This document shows positions 19,927 through 27,987 of a stretch of DNA of 64,000 bases, piece by piece; the first letter of the stretch is position 1, and every line of letters begins with the position of its first letter. A program made the translations under genes and the position numbers. Under the pieces are notes generated by a model. That model saw nothing but the letters and a program-made list of their open reading frames with translations. It was not told where the DNA came from and did no database searches. The DNA is from Candidatus Eiseniibacteriota bacterium (lineage in GTDB: Bacteria; Eisenbacteria; RBG-16-71-46; DASYSL01), in the NCBI GenBank assembly GCA_031431875.1, contig JANPEF010000153.1, positions 32,001 to 96,000 of the forward strand, in the 5' to 3' direction.

Positions 19927-21567
19927 ATGGCGTTCTGGTCCGGGCTCAAGGGCCTCGGTAGGAACCGGCACTACCATCGCGGCATCGTCCACTACAACCG
20001 TGGCGACTATGCGGCGGCGGTGGCGGCGTTCGAGGAGGCGCTGGCATCGATGGACGACGAGGCGCCCGAGCGGAGCCTCGGCACGTTCTACGCGGCAGAG
20101 GCCCGGGCGAACCTCGGCCTCGCGCGCTTCCAGAAGGGCGACGACGCGCGGGCGGAGGAGGATTTCCGGCAGGCGCTGGCGCACAATCCGAACTACGCCG
20201 ACCTCCATTACTACGTGGCGCTGCTGTGCGAACGCACCGGGCGTCCCGCGGAGGCCGCGGCGGCGCTCGAGTGCGCGCTCGGCATCAACGCCGAGTATCT
20301 CGAGGCGCGGCTGCTCTACGCAGTCGTGCGCGCCCGGATGGGCGATGCGGCCGGGGCGCGCGGGGAGCTGGCGCGTGCGGTGGCGCTCGGCTTCGAGCTA
20401 CCGCCCGGATTGTCGCTCGAGCCGAACTCGCCACTGGGCCCGCCCGAGTGGCAGGCGCTGCGCTCGCGTGCCACGCGGCGGAGCGAGGCCGCACGGCAGG
20501 TTGCGACCGCGCACGAGAAGGCGCAGCAAGGCGAGCGCGAGGCGGCCATCGAGGCGCTGGCGCGCGCCGCGGAAGCCGAGCCGAAGTTCGCCGACATCCG
20601 CTGCCGGCTCGCGGCGCACCTGGCCGATGCCGGGCGCCACGCCGAGGCGGTGCGCGAGCTGACGGTCGCACTGGCGATCAACCCGCGCTACCTCGAGGCG
20701 CGCACGCGCCTCGGGCTGTCGCTGCTCCTGCTCGGTCGCCCGGCTGACGCCGAGTCGGCGTTCGCGCTCGCGCTCGAGGTCGCCCCGGGGGACGCAGACC
20801 TCCTCTACTTCACCGCCGCGGCACGCTTCCGCAGCGGCGACCTTGCGGGCGCCGAGCGGGCGCTCGACGAGGCGCTCGTGCAGCGGCCCCACCTGGCGCG
20901 GGCGCATCGCCTGCGCGGCCTCTGCCTGGCCGCACGCGGGCGTCCCGACGAGGCGCTCACCGCGCTCGCCCAGGCGCTCGAGGGCGGGCGTGAACTGCCG
21001 CAGGCGGCGCTCGACCTCGGCGCGCTGCTGCTCGCGCGCGGTCGCGCGCGCGAGGCGGCAAAGGAGTTCGAGCGCGCGCTGCACTGGCTACCCGATCGCG
21101 CCGACGTGCATTACGCGTTGGCCTGCGCGTTTCTCGCCCAGGGCGAGGCCGACGCGGCCGACGCACGCTTCGCCCGGGCACTCGAGCTCGAGCCGAATCA
21201 TGCGGCCGCGCGCTTCCGCCTGGCCCAGGCACATGCCGCACGCGGGCGCTGGATCGACGCGCGCGTCGAGCTCGTACGGGCCGCCGCGATCGTGCCGAAG
21301 TGGGCCGACGTGCGCCACGCGCTGGGGCAGGCCTGTGATCGTCTCGGCGACGCGGGGGCGGCCGAGCAGGCGTACCGCGAGGCGCTCTCGCTCAACGCCG
21401 CCTTCACCGAGGCGCGTCTGGCGCTGGCCGGCATCCTCGCGCGGCGCGGATCGCCCGAGGCGCAGGAGTTGATCGCCGGTGCCCGAGCCTACGATCCGCT
21501 CCACCCGCGCGTGCGGGCGATGGACGAACACACGTTGCCGGAGTTGCTGGAGGAAGGCGTCTCGTGA
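19927..21567 (+). CDS. Multi-TPR repeat protein
   Basis: Repeated 'AL..NP.Y.EAR..L'/'P..ADVHY.L' TPR units; GGAGG RBS; 32 nt after ftsZ. Confidence 0.9.
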   Translation: MAFWSGLKGLGRNRHYHRGIVHYNRGDYAAAVAAFEEALASMDDEAPERSLGTFYAAEARANLGLARFQKGDDARAEEDFRQALAHNPNYADLHYYVALLCERTGRPAEAAAALECALGINAEYLEARLLYAVVRARMGDAAGARGELARAVALGFELPPGLSLEPNSPLGPPEWQALRSRATRRSEAARQVATAHEKAQQGEREAAIEALARAAEAEPKFADIRCRLAAHLADAGRHAEAVRELTVALAINPRYLEARTRLGLSLLLLGRPADAESAFALALEVAPGDADLLYFTAAARFRSGDLAGAERALDEALVQRPHLARAHRLRGLCLAARGRPDEALTALAQALEGGRELPQAALDLGALLLARGRAREAAKEFERALHWLPDRADVHYALACAFLAQGEADAADARFARALELEPNHAAARFRLAQAHAARGRWIDARVELVRAAAIVPKWADVRHALGQACDRLGDAGAAEQAYREALSLNAAFTEARLALAGILARRGSPEAQELIAGARAYDPLHPRVRAMDEHTLPELLEEGVS

Positions 21568-21629
21568 AACGGGGGTCCCGTCATGCAGGATGATCGCCTG
21601 GTGCAGCTCTGCCGCTTGCTCGCGGCGCT

Positions 21630-23198
21630 CTACCTGATCGTCGCCGCCGCGCCGCTGGGCTGAGGGGCCGCGTCTCCGCTCGTGCGCCGGCGGTAGAATT
21701 CCATGCCCGTGGGCTGGCCCGGCACGGAATACGGCACGGCGACATAAGCCCCGGCGACGCTCGCGCGATCGCCCTCGTCACGAAACGGGGGCGCGCCGCT
21801 GGCGAATGCCTGGTTGGCGTCGAGGAATCCCTTGCGCACGACGAGCCAGTCCGGGCTGCGCCGGCGCACCACGTCGGCGTACCAGCCCGTGCCCGCGGCG
21901 CGCGACGTCGCGACGTCCGGCGCCACGAGTCCCACCTCGTCGATCATGCGCAGCTTCGCCTGGTAGCCAATGTGCCCCAGCGGCTCGAGCAGGACCGAAT
22001 CGCCGGGCTTCGCCAGCGTGCGTAGCGCCACGCCGGACTGGTAGAACGAGATCACCTCCTGGCGTACGCGCTCGACGAACAGGTTGTGCAGCAGGATCGA
22101 GTCCGACACGAGGTAGAGCGCGAGGCTGGCGTACAGCAGCCGGTGTTTCGCGATCCGCTCGAGCCCGATGGCCGCGGTGAAGAACCAGCCGGCCGTCGGG
22201 ACGACCGCATACCAGAAGAAGAACGGGACCCCGAGCAGGAAGTACGACGCGAGCACCGCGAGGCCCGCCAGGGCGACCAGCGTCGATGCCTGCGGCGCGC
22301 GCCGCTCGCGCCAGTACGTGGCGAACCCCAGCAGCGCGGCCGGCGCGGCGACGAGCGAGAAGGGGAGCAGGTTTGTCCCCTCGCCGGTCGCGGGCCAGCG
22401 CCCCGAGACGAACAGCGGAAACAGTCCTTCGATCCACTGCAGCCCCGCCAGCGGTCCCGGCGTGCCGTAGACAGCGGCCTTGGCCAGCATGCTCTGCGGG
22501 AACGGCGACCCATAGTACGCGCCGAGCGCGAGCGCCCCCCCGGCGATCATGCCGAGCGCGATCATGCGCCCGCGCCACGAGGCCCCGAGCCCGAGCACGA
22601 CTGCCGCGATCATTCCCTCCGGGCGCACCAGGGCGAGGAGCCCGAGCAGCACGCCCGCTCCCGGGAGCCGGGCGTGGAGGGCGGCGCCCGTGGCGAACAG
22701 CAGGCACAGGAACAGGCTCGTCTCCATGCCGAGGATCGCGTTGGCGGCAAAGACGGGGCACACGGCGAAGAACAGGGCGAATGCCCACGCCGCGACGGCT
22801 CCGCGCTCGCGGTGCAGCAGCGCGGCAGCCAGCCCGAGCGCCGTGAGGTCGAATGCGACACCCGAGACGCGCGCGAACAGGAGCGTGTCCTTCATCACCA
22901 CCGCCCCGAGTGCGAGCCACGCGGTCCACAGCGGGGACGAGAAGCCGAACACAGGCTCGCCTGCGTTGTAGACCGGGCCCAGGCCGTGGGCCCAGTTTTC
23001 GGCGTAGCGGAATGTGATGTAGGCGTCCTCGGCCGCGAACGGGATCCGTGCGGCGCTGAGCATACGCACGACGAGCCCGAGCAGGAGCGGCACGAGGTAG
23101 GGGGAACGCAGATTCCAGGGGTCGAGCCCCGCGAGCAGGGCGGGGGAGGCTTCGGCTGGGGCGGGGGAGGCGCGCCGGGCTCGATCAAGGATCGCCAT
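21630..23198 (-). CDS. GT-C fold membrane glycosyltransferase-like protein
   Basis: 'EDAYITFRYAENWAHGLGPVYNAGE.V.GFSSPLW', 'GMET', 'RPEG', 'P.SMLAK' motifs; many TMs. Confidence 0.7.
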   Translation of the reverse strand: MAILDRARRASPAPAEASPALLAGLDPWNLRSPYLVPLLLGLVVRMLSAARIPFAAEDAYITFRYAENWAHGLGPVYNAGEPVFGFSSPLWTAWLALGAVVMKDTLLFARVSGVAFDLTALGLAAALLHRERGAVAAWAFALFFAVCPVFAANAILGMETSLFLCLLFATGAALHARLPGAGVLLGLLALVRPEGMIAAVVLGLGASWRGRMIALGMIAGGALALGAYYGSPFPQSMLAKAAVYGTPGPLAGLQWIEGLFPLFVSGRWPATGEGTNLLPFSLVAAPAALLGFATYWRERRAPQASTLVALAGLAVLASYFLLGVPFFFWYAVVPTAGWFFTAAIGLERIAKHRLLYASLALYLVSDSILLHNLFVERVRQEVISFYQSGVALRTLAKPGDSVLLEPLGHIGYQAKLRMIDEVGLVAPDVATSRAAGTGWYADVVRRRSPDWLVVRKGFLDANQAFASGAPPFRDEGDRASVAGAYVAVPYSVPGQPTGMEFYRRRTSGDAAPQPSGAAATIR

Positions 23199-23339
23199 GG
23201 GACAGGAAGCCTAGGCGGTTGGCGGGCCGAAAGCAACCGGTTGACGCCGGCCGCGTAGAGCGGTTGTCTTGACCCGATACGACTCGACCCGGACGCGCGA
23301 CCGCGCGTCCGGCCGGATGCCCCCGGAGGAGGAAGCACG

Positions 23340-24140
23340 ATGCCCGCGATGCACGAAGTGGAGTACGAGATCCTCGGCGATGACCTGCAGTTCGTGAAGA
23401 TCGAGCTCGACCCGCAGGAAGCCGTCGTCGCCGAAGCCGGCGGCATGATGTACATGGAAGACGGCATCGCCATGGAGACGATCTTCGGCGACGGCTCGGC
23501 GCAGCAGGCGCAGGGCGGCCTCATGGGGATGCTCATGGGCGCGGGCAAGCGTCTGCTCACCGGCGAGTCGCTGTTCATGACCGTGTTTGCCAACCAGTCG
23601 CCGGGCAAGCGCAAGGTCGCCTTCGCCGCGCCGTACCCGGGCAAGATCATCCCGGTGCACCTGGCCGAGCTCGGCGGTGAAATCGTCTGCCAGAAGGACT
23701 CGTTCCTCGCGGCGGCCAAGGGCGTGTCGATCGGCATCGCGTTCCAGCGGCGCCTCGGCGTTGGCCTGTTCGGCGGCGAGGGGTTCATCATGCAGAGCCT
23801 CAAGGGGGACGGTCTCGCGTTCCTGCACGCCGGCGGCTCGATCGAGGAGCGCACGCTCGCCCCCGGCGAGATCCTTCGCGTCGACACGGGTTGCATCGTC
23901 GCCCTGGCCAAGGGCGTCGACTACGACATCGAGATGGTGAAGGGCGTGAAGTCGTGGATCTTCGGCGGCGAGGGCCTGTTCTTCGCGACGCTGCGCGGGC
24001 CGGGCCGGGTGTGGATGCAGTCGCTGCCGCTGTCGCGTTTGGCCGGTCGCATCTTCGCCGCCGCGCCGCAGCAGGGCGGTCGAAAGGAAGAGGGCTCGAT
24101 CCTCGGTGGGCTGGGCAACCTGCTCGACGGGCGCGAGTAG
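23340..24140 (+). CDS. TIGR00266 / AIM24 family protein
   Basis: '[25 protein letters not shown]', '[10 protein letters not shown]', 'FGGEG' repeats, 'QSLPLSRLA'. Confidence 0.9.
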   Translation: MPAMHEVEYEILGDDLQFVKIELDPQEAVVAEAGGMMYMEDGIAMETIFGDGSAQQAQGGLMGMLMGAGKRLLTGESLFMTVFANQSPGKRKVAFAAPYPGKIIPVHLAELGGEIVCQKDSFLAAAKGVSIGIAFQRRLGVGLFGGEGFIMQSLKGDGLAFLHAGGSIEERTLAPGEILRVDTGCIVALAKGVDYDIEMVKGVKSWIFGGEGLFFATLRGPGRVWMQSLPLSRLAGRIFAAAPQQGGRKEEGSILGGLGNLLDGRE

Positions 24141-24494
24141 GTGCGCCGAGCGCTGCTGGCGGCGGCCTTGCTGCTGCTCGGAGCGGGCTGTGGTGCACTG
24201 GACGGGCAAAAGTTCGAACCGTCTTCGGAGGAGACACGGGTCTCCGGCGTTCTCGCGGGGCCGGTCCGGCGTCGACCGGAGGACTACACGGAGGTGATTC
24301 CGGTGCAGACCGGACCAGGCAGGATCGAGTCCATTCTCCTGCCCGACAAGGTCGCCGGGCAGCGCCCGACGGACGCGTGGATCGAGCTCTACCGGGAAGC
24401 GATGGCCATGACACCGGGCGATCAGCTGGTGGCGACGGGATCCCGGGATGCCGACGGATTCCTGATCGTCCAGGCACTGGAGGTCAAGAGATGA
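24141..24494 (+). CDS. Small lipoprotein (possible OB-fold), paralog 1
   Basis: Lipobox-like 'LLGAGC'; 'GDQLVATGSRD' motif. Confidence 0.6.
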   Translation: MRRALLAAALLLLGAGCGALDGQKFEPSSEETRVSGVLAGPVRRRPEDYTEVIPVQTGPGRIESILLPDKVAGQRPTDAWIELYREAMAMTPGDQLVATGSRDADGFLIVQALEVKR

Positions 24495-24844
24495 TGAAGG
24501 CGCACACCCTGATGTTCACGCTCCTGCTCGTCACCGCCGGTTGCGGATCGGACAAGCAGGCGGCCGAGCCGCTCTCGGACGCGACACACGTGTCGGGCAC
24601 GCTGACGGCGATCAACGACCAGCGCCCGGTCGACGGCGGCGTGACGCTCACGCTGCAGACGAGCGCGGGCAAGGACGAGCCGGTCTACGTCGCCTCGATC
24701 TTCACCGGCCAGCCGCCGACGACGGTCGTGCTGGCGCTGCAGCAGAAGGTGAACGAACTGAAGATCGGCGATCGCCTGACGGCGACCGGCGCGCGCGACG
24801 CCGAAGACCGGTTCAACGTCGAGCGGATCGAGATCCTCGAGTAA
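24491..24844 (+). CDS. Small lipoprotein (possible OB-fold), paralog 2
   Basis: Lipobox 'VTAGC'; 'LKIGDRLTATGARD'; ATGA coupling with paralog 1. Confidence 0.7.
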   Translation: MMKAHTLMFTLLLVTAGCGSDKQAAEPLSDATHVSGTLTAINDQRPVDGGVTLTLQTSAGKDEPVYVASIFTGQPPTTVVLALQQKVNELKIGDRLTATGARDAEDRFNVERIEILE

Positions 24845-24870
24845 GCGCATCACGACTTGTCGCCGCAACG

Positions 24871-24905
24871 ACGAAGGCCCCGCTCGCTCCGAGCGGGGCC
24901 TTCGT
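24871..24905. terminator. Bidirectional hairpin terminator between convergent genes
   Basis: Perfect 16-bp inverted repeat ACGAAGGCCCCGCTCG-ctc-CGAGCGGGGCCTTCGT. Confidence 0.75.
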
Positions 24906-24927
24906 GACATCGGGTGATGCGTCGGAA

Positions 24928-25137
24928 CTAGGCGGCGGCGGGTTTGCGGACCGCCTTCTGCACCTTGCCGGCCTTCAGGCAACGGGTGCAGACCTTCATC
25001 TGCTTCGCACGGCCCTGGACCAGCGCACGCACGTTCTGAAGGTTGGGGTTCCAGACCCGCCGCGAGATGTTGTGGGCATGGCTGATGCGGTTTCCGCGCA
25101 TCACGCCTTTCCCGCACAGATCACAGGCACGAGCCAC
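24928..25137 (-). CDS. rpmB: 50S ribosomal protein bL28 (Zn-binding Cys form)
   Basis: 'MARACDLCGK...GNRISHAHN.SRR.W.PNLQ...VCTRCLK'; GGAGG RBS. Confidence 0.97.
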   Translation of the reverse strand: MARACDLCGKGVMRGNRISHAHNISRRVWNPNLQNVRALVQGRAKQMKVCTRCLKAGKVQKAVRKPAAA

Positions 25138-25209
25138 TTCGTCCTCCTTGCTTCAACCAAACTGCCGGGGCAACGCCGGGGCGGCCCGGCACGAAACGTC
25201 TGACGAGCC

Positions 25210-25239
25210 AGATTAGCACGCTTTCGACGGACGTGTAAA
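25210..25239 (-). promoter_or_regulatory. Putative sigma70 promoter of rpmB
   Basis: TTTACA-N18-TAATCT with extended TG on the minus strand. Confidence 0.5.
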
Positions 25240-25260
25240 GGCGCGCAAACCGTTGCCGTT

Positions 25261-27987
25261 TCAGCGGATGAGCACGAAGCTCCCGCGTTGGGTCGCCCCC
25301 CCGCCCGCGACCGAGAAGAGGTAGATGCCGCTGGTCACGTCCTGCCCGTTGCGCGAGATCAGGTTCCACGACGCCTGGCCGTCCTCGGGGGTCTCGACCT
25401 GCGGCTTCCCGTTGGTCTGCAGGTCGGTCGGCCGAATGGTCTGCACCAGGTCACCCGCGACGGTGAAGATGCGCAGCGTCCACGCACCCGGTGGCAGGTT
25501 CAGGAAATCGACGTGCGTGCCGGTGGGGTCGGTCGGGCTGGGCTCGAGGTCCCACGACGCGCCGCCGCGATACGGGTTCGGCACGACGAACACCTTCTTC
25601 TCCGTGCCACCCGAGGCGGTGGCGGCGCCGGCCTGCGGCGCCACGCCGTCGGCCTCGCGCGCGACACGCGCGCTCTCGCGTCGGCGCAGCGTCCCCGCCG
25701 ATCCGTCGGCGCCGGGCGCCCCGGTCGAGTCGACGGCGGTGACGGCGTAGAAGTAGGTGAAACCGTTCGCCACCTCGGGATCCTCGTAGCGATAGCGGCC
25801 GACGGGATAGTGCGGAACGCGCGCATCGGCCGTGACGCGCACGCAGCGGCACGTCGGGTCGTAGGCGTCGCGTCGCCCGACCGAGACGATCGTGTCGCCA
25901 CTTGCCGGATCGGTCAGCGGCGCGATGTCGGCGGGCACGAGGCGCAGACCCGACTCGCGATCGAGCAGCACCGGCGCGATCGGGCGCACGCCGTCGAGCA
26001 CTCCGTCGAAGTCCGTGTCCGTCGAATCCCACAATGGCGCGTACGGATCGAACACCGCCAGGTCCGCGAGCAACTCCCACTGGTCTTCGGCCGGGCCGGT
26101 CGTCCCGCGCGGGCGTGTCCAGCCGGCGGCGCGGTATACCCGGTAGCCGCGCACGTCGAACTTGCCCGCGTTCGGATCGAGGCCCGCATTCGTGCGATCA
26201 CCGACGTATTCGCTCGCGTTGTCCCACTCGATCGTCACCTTGCGATTGCCCGGCGTGGTCCGCACGTTCGGGCCCTGGGGCGGCAGCTCGATGCGCCAGC
26301 GCCGCGGCAGCTTGCCCTTCACGCCCGTGCAGTAGTCGCAGTTGTCGAAGTTCGCCCAGAAGATCTCGTGGTCGGTGACCGTGCGGCCCGTGCCCGTCGA
26401 GTCGGCGTTGAAGTGACAGTCCTCGACCACGATCTCGGTTCCCCGGGGCGCGGTGACGGGCGTCTCGCGGCCGTTCTCGGGTGGCACGGGCGTGCCTGGC
26501 GGGGGCGTCTCGTAGCGTCCGCGGTAGGCCTTCTGGATGGCGAGCGCGCCGTCGTACACCGCACCGTAGCGCGCACGGTTCGGCACCGAGGGATTGGCCG
26601 GATCGCGCGCCGGTGCGCTGTGATCGACCGGGAAGACGCTGAGCGCGACGGTGGCGAACACGCGTTGCCCGGGGACCAGGCGGGGGAACGGCCCGATCGA
26701 GACCAGCGCGGTCCAGTCGGCGACGCGCCGGCCGTCGGGACTCTCCGGGTCGAGGCAGATGCCACGGCGGCACGGGCCTCCGGCGAGCGCGTCGTAACGC
26801 TCGAGGTCCACCGAGGGTGGTCCGCCCTGCGTGAACGGGATCCCGGGAAGGAAGAACTGCTTCGCGCGGAAGGCAATCGTCCGCGGGGCGGTGCCGAACT
26901 CGAGGTCGGTCGTGTGATCGAGCAACAGGAACGTGCTCGCGCCCGGCGAGAGCCCGCCGTCGCCATCGTCGTCGATCACCGTGAAGCCGCGGGTCGAGAT
27001 CGAGCTGCGCACGCAGAAGCCTCCGGTGTGGTTGGGATCGGTGCGCGGATCGTAGCGCGGGTCCTCGCGGTCGATGACCTCGGTCAGCGTCTGGTTCGGC
27101 ACGGCGGGCTCGATCCTGTCGTCGCGCCAGTAGCCCTCGCGCGCCAGCGGCCCCACGTCGGGATCGACGAAGAAACCGACGTACACCGAGTCCAGGACCG
27201 CGGTCCCCGCGTTCGTGATCTCGTAGGTGACCGCCGCGGCGTCCTCGACGTCGGGTCCGGTGAACGAGTGCACCGTCTGGCGCACGCGCAGCCCGAGGGG
27301 CAGGTGTTGCTCGGCGAAGTTCGCGTTGGTCGCCTGCGGCGTGTCGTCGCTCATGGAAAACGTGTACGTGCGCTGGCCGATCGCGGCGTAGTCCTCGTCG
27401 ATCGCGCCGTCGCCGTCGTCGTCGCGCCCGTCGAGGAACTCCTCGTCGTAGCGCCCGTCTCCGTCGTCGTCGACCTCACGCAGGCCCTGCGGAGTGCCTT
27501 CGTACGATTCGTAGATGCGGTCCACCGGGTCGAGCGTCGGCGGCCGCCACTCGGTCGCCTGGCTCACGCGGTAGCGACGGCCGGCGTCGGCCTCGCCGGG
27601 TCGGACGGCGCCGACCCACAGCCCCCAGTAATAGAGGTACTCGACGCCCGACGGGCCCGGCCACTGGGCCGCGGGGTCGGACGACAGCGCGGGGTAGGCG
27701 TTTCCCATGACGCCGATGTTCGTGGCCTTCATCCACAGGCGGCCGGCCGAGGTGATGCGGCCGGGACCGCCGATCTCGGGCACCGCGTGCGGATGCAAGG
27801 GCGTGCGCTGGCGCGGTGCGTCGCCGGCCGTCGGGGCGGGGCCCGGCGGGATCGCGGGCACCATCGCGGGCAGGCCGTCGAGACCGCGGCCGCGCGCGAG
27901 CCCGACCGGGAGCCCCATGGCGAGCCCGACTCCGGCCGCGAGCACCACAAGGAATCCGCCGAGGCGCGCCCCGGGCGAACACCTCAC
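25261..27987 (-). CDS. Large secreted protein with Asp-rich Ca-binding-like repeats, FN3-like segment and FlgD/T9SS-like C-terminal domain
   Basis: Signal peptide; 'DDDGDGRYDEE..DGRDDDGDGAIDED'; C-terminus 'VVPNPY...LRIFTVAGDLV...WNL...SGIYLF'. GTG start overlaps the upstream stop. Confidence 0.75.
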   Translation of the reverse strand: MRCSPGARLGGFLVVLAAGVGLAMGLPVGLARGRGLDGLPAMVPAIPPGPAPTAGDAPRQRTPLHPHAVPEIGGPGRITSAGRLWMKATNIGVMGNAYPALSSDPAAQWPGPSGVEYLYYWGLWVGAVRPGEADAGRRYRVSQATEWRPPTLDPVDRIYESYEGTPQGLREVDDDGDGRYDEEFLDGRDDDGDGAIDEDYAAIGQRTYTFSMSDDTPQATNANFAEQHLPLGLRVRQTVHSFTGPDVEDAAAVTYEITNAGTAVLDSVYVGFFVDPDVGPLAREGYWRDDRIEPAVPNQTLTEVIDREDPRYDPRTDPNHTGGFCVRSSISTRGFTVIDDDGDGGLSPGASTFLLLDHTTDLEFGTAPRTIAFRAKQFFLPGIPFTQGGPPSVDLERYDALAGGPCRRGICLDPESPDGRRVADWTALVSIGPFPRLVPGQRVFATVALSVFPVDHSAPARDPANPSVPNRARYGAVYDGALAIQKAYRGRYETPPPGTPVPPENGRETPVTAPRGTEIVVEDCHFNADSTGTGRTVTDHEIFWANFDNCDYCTGVKGKLPRRWRIELPPQGPNVRTTPGNRKVTIEWDNASEYVGDRTNAGLDPNAGKFDVRGYRVYRAAGWTRPRGTTGPAEDQWELLADLAVFDPYAPLWDSTDTDFDGVLDGVRPIAPVLLDRESGLRLVPADIAPLTDPASGDTIVSVGRRDAYDPTCRCVRVTADARVPHYPVGRYRYEDPEVANGFTYFYAVTAVDSTGAPGADGSAGTLRRRESARVAREADGVAPQAGAATASGGTEKKVFVVPNPYRGGASWDLEPSPTDPTGTHVDFLNLPPGAWTLRIFTVAGDLVQTIRPTDLQTNGKPQVETPEDGQASWNLISRNGQDVTSGIYLFSVAGGGATQRGSFVLIR

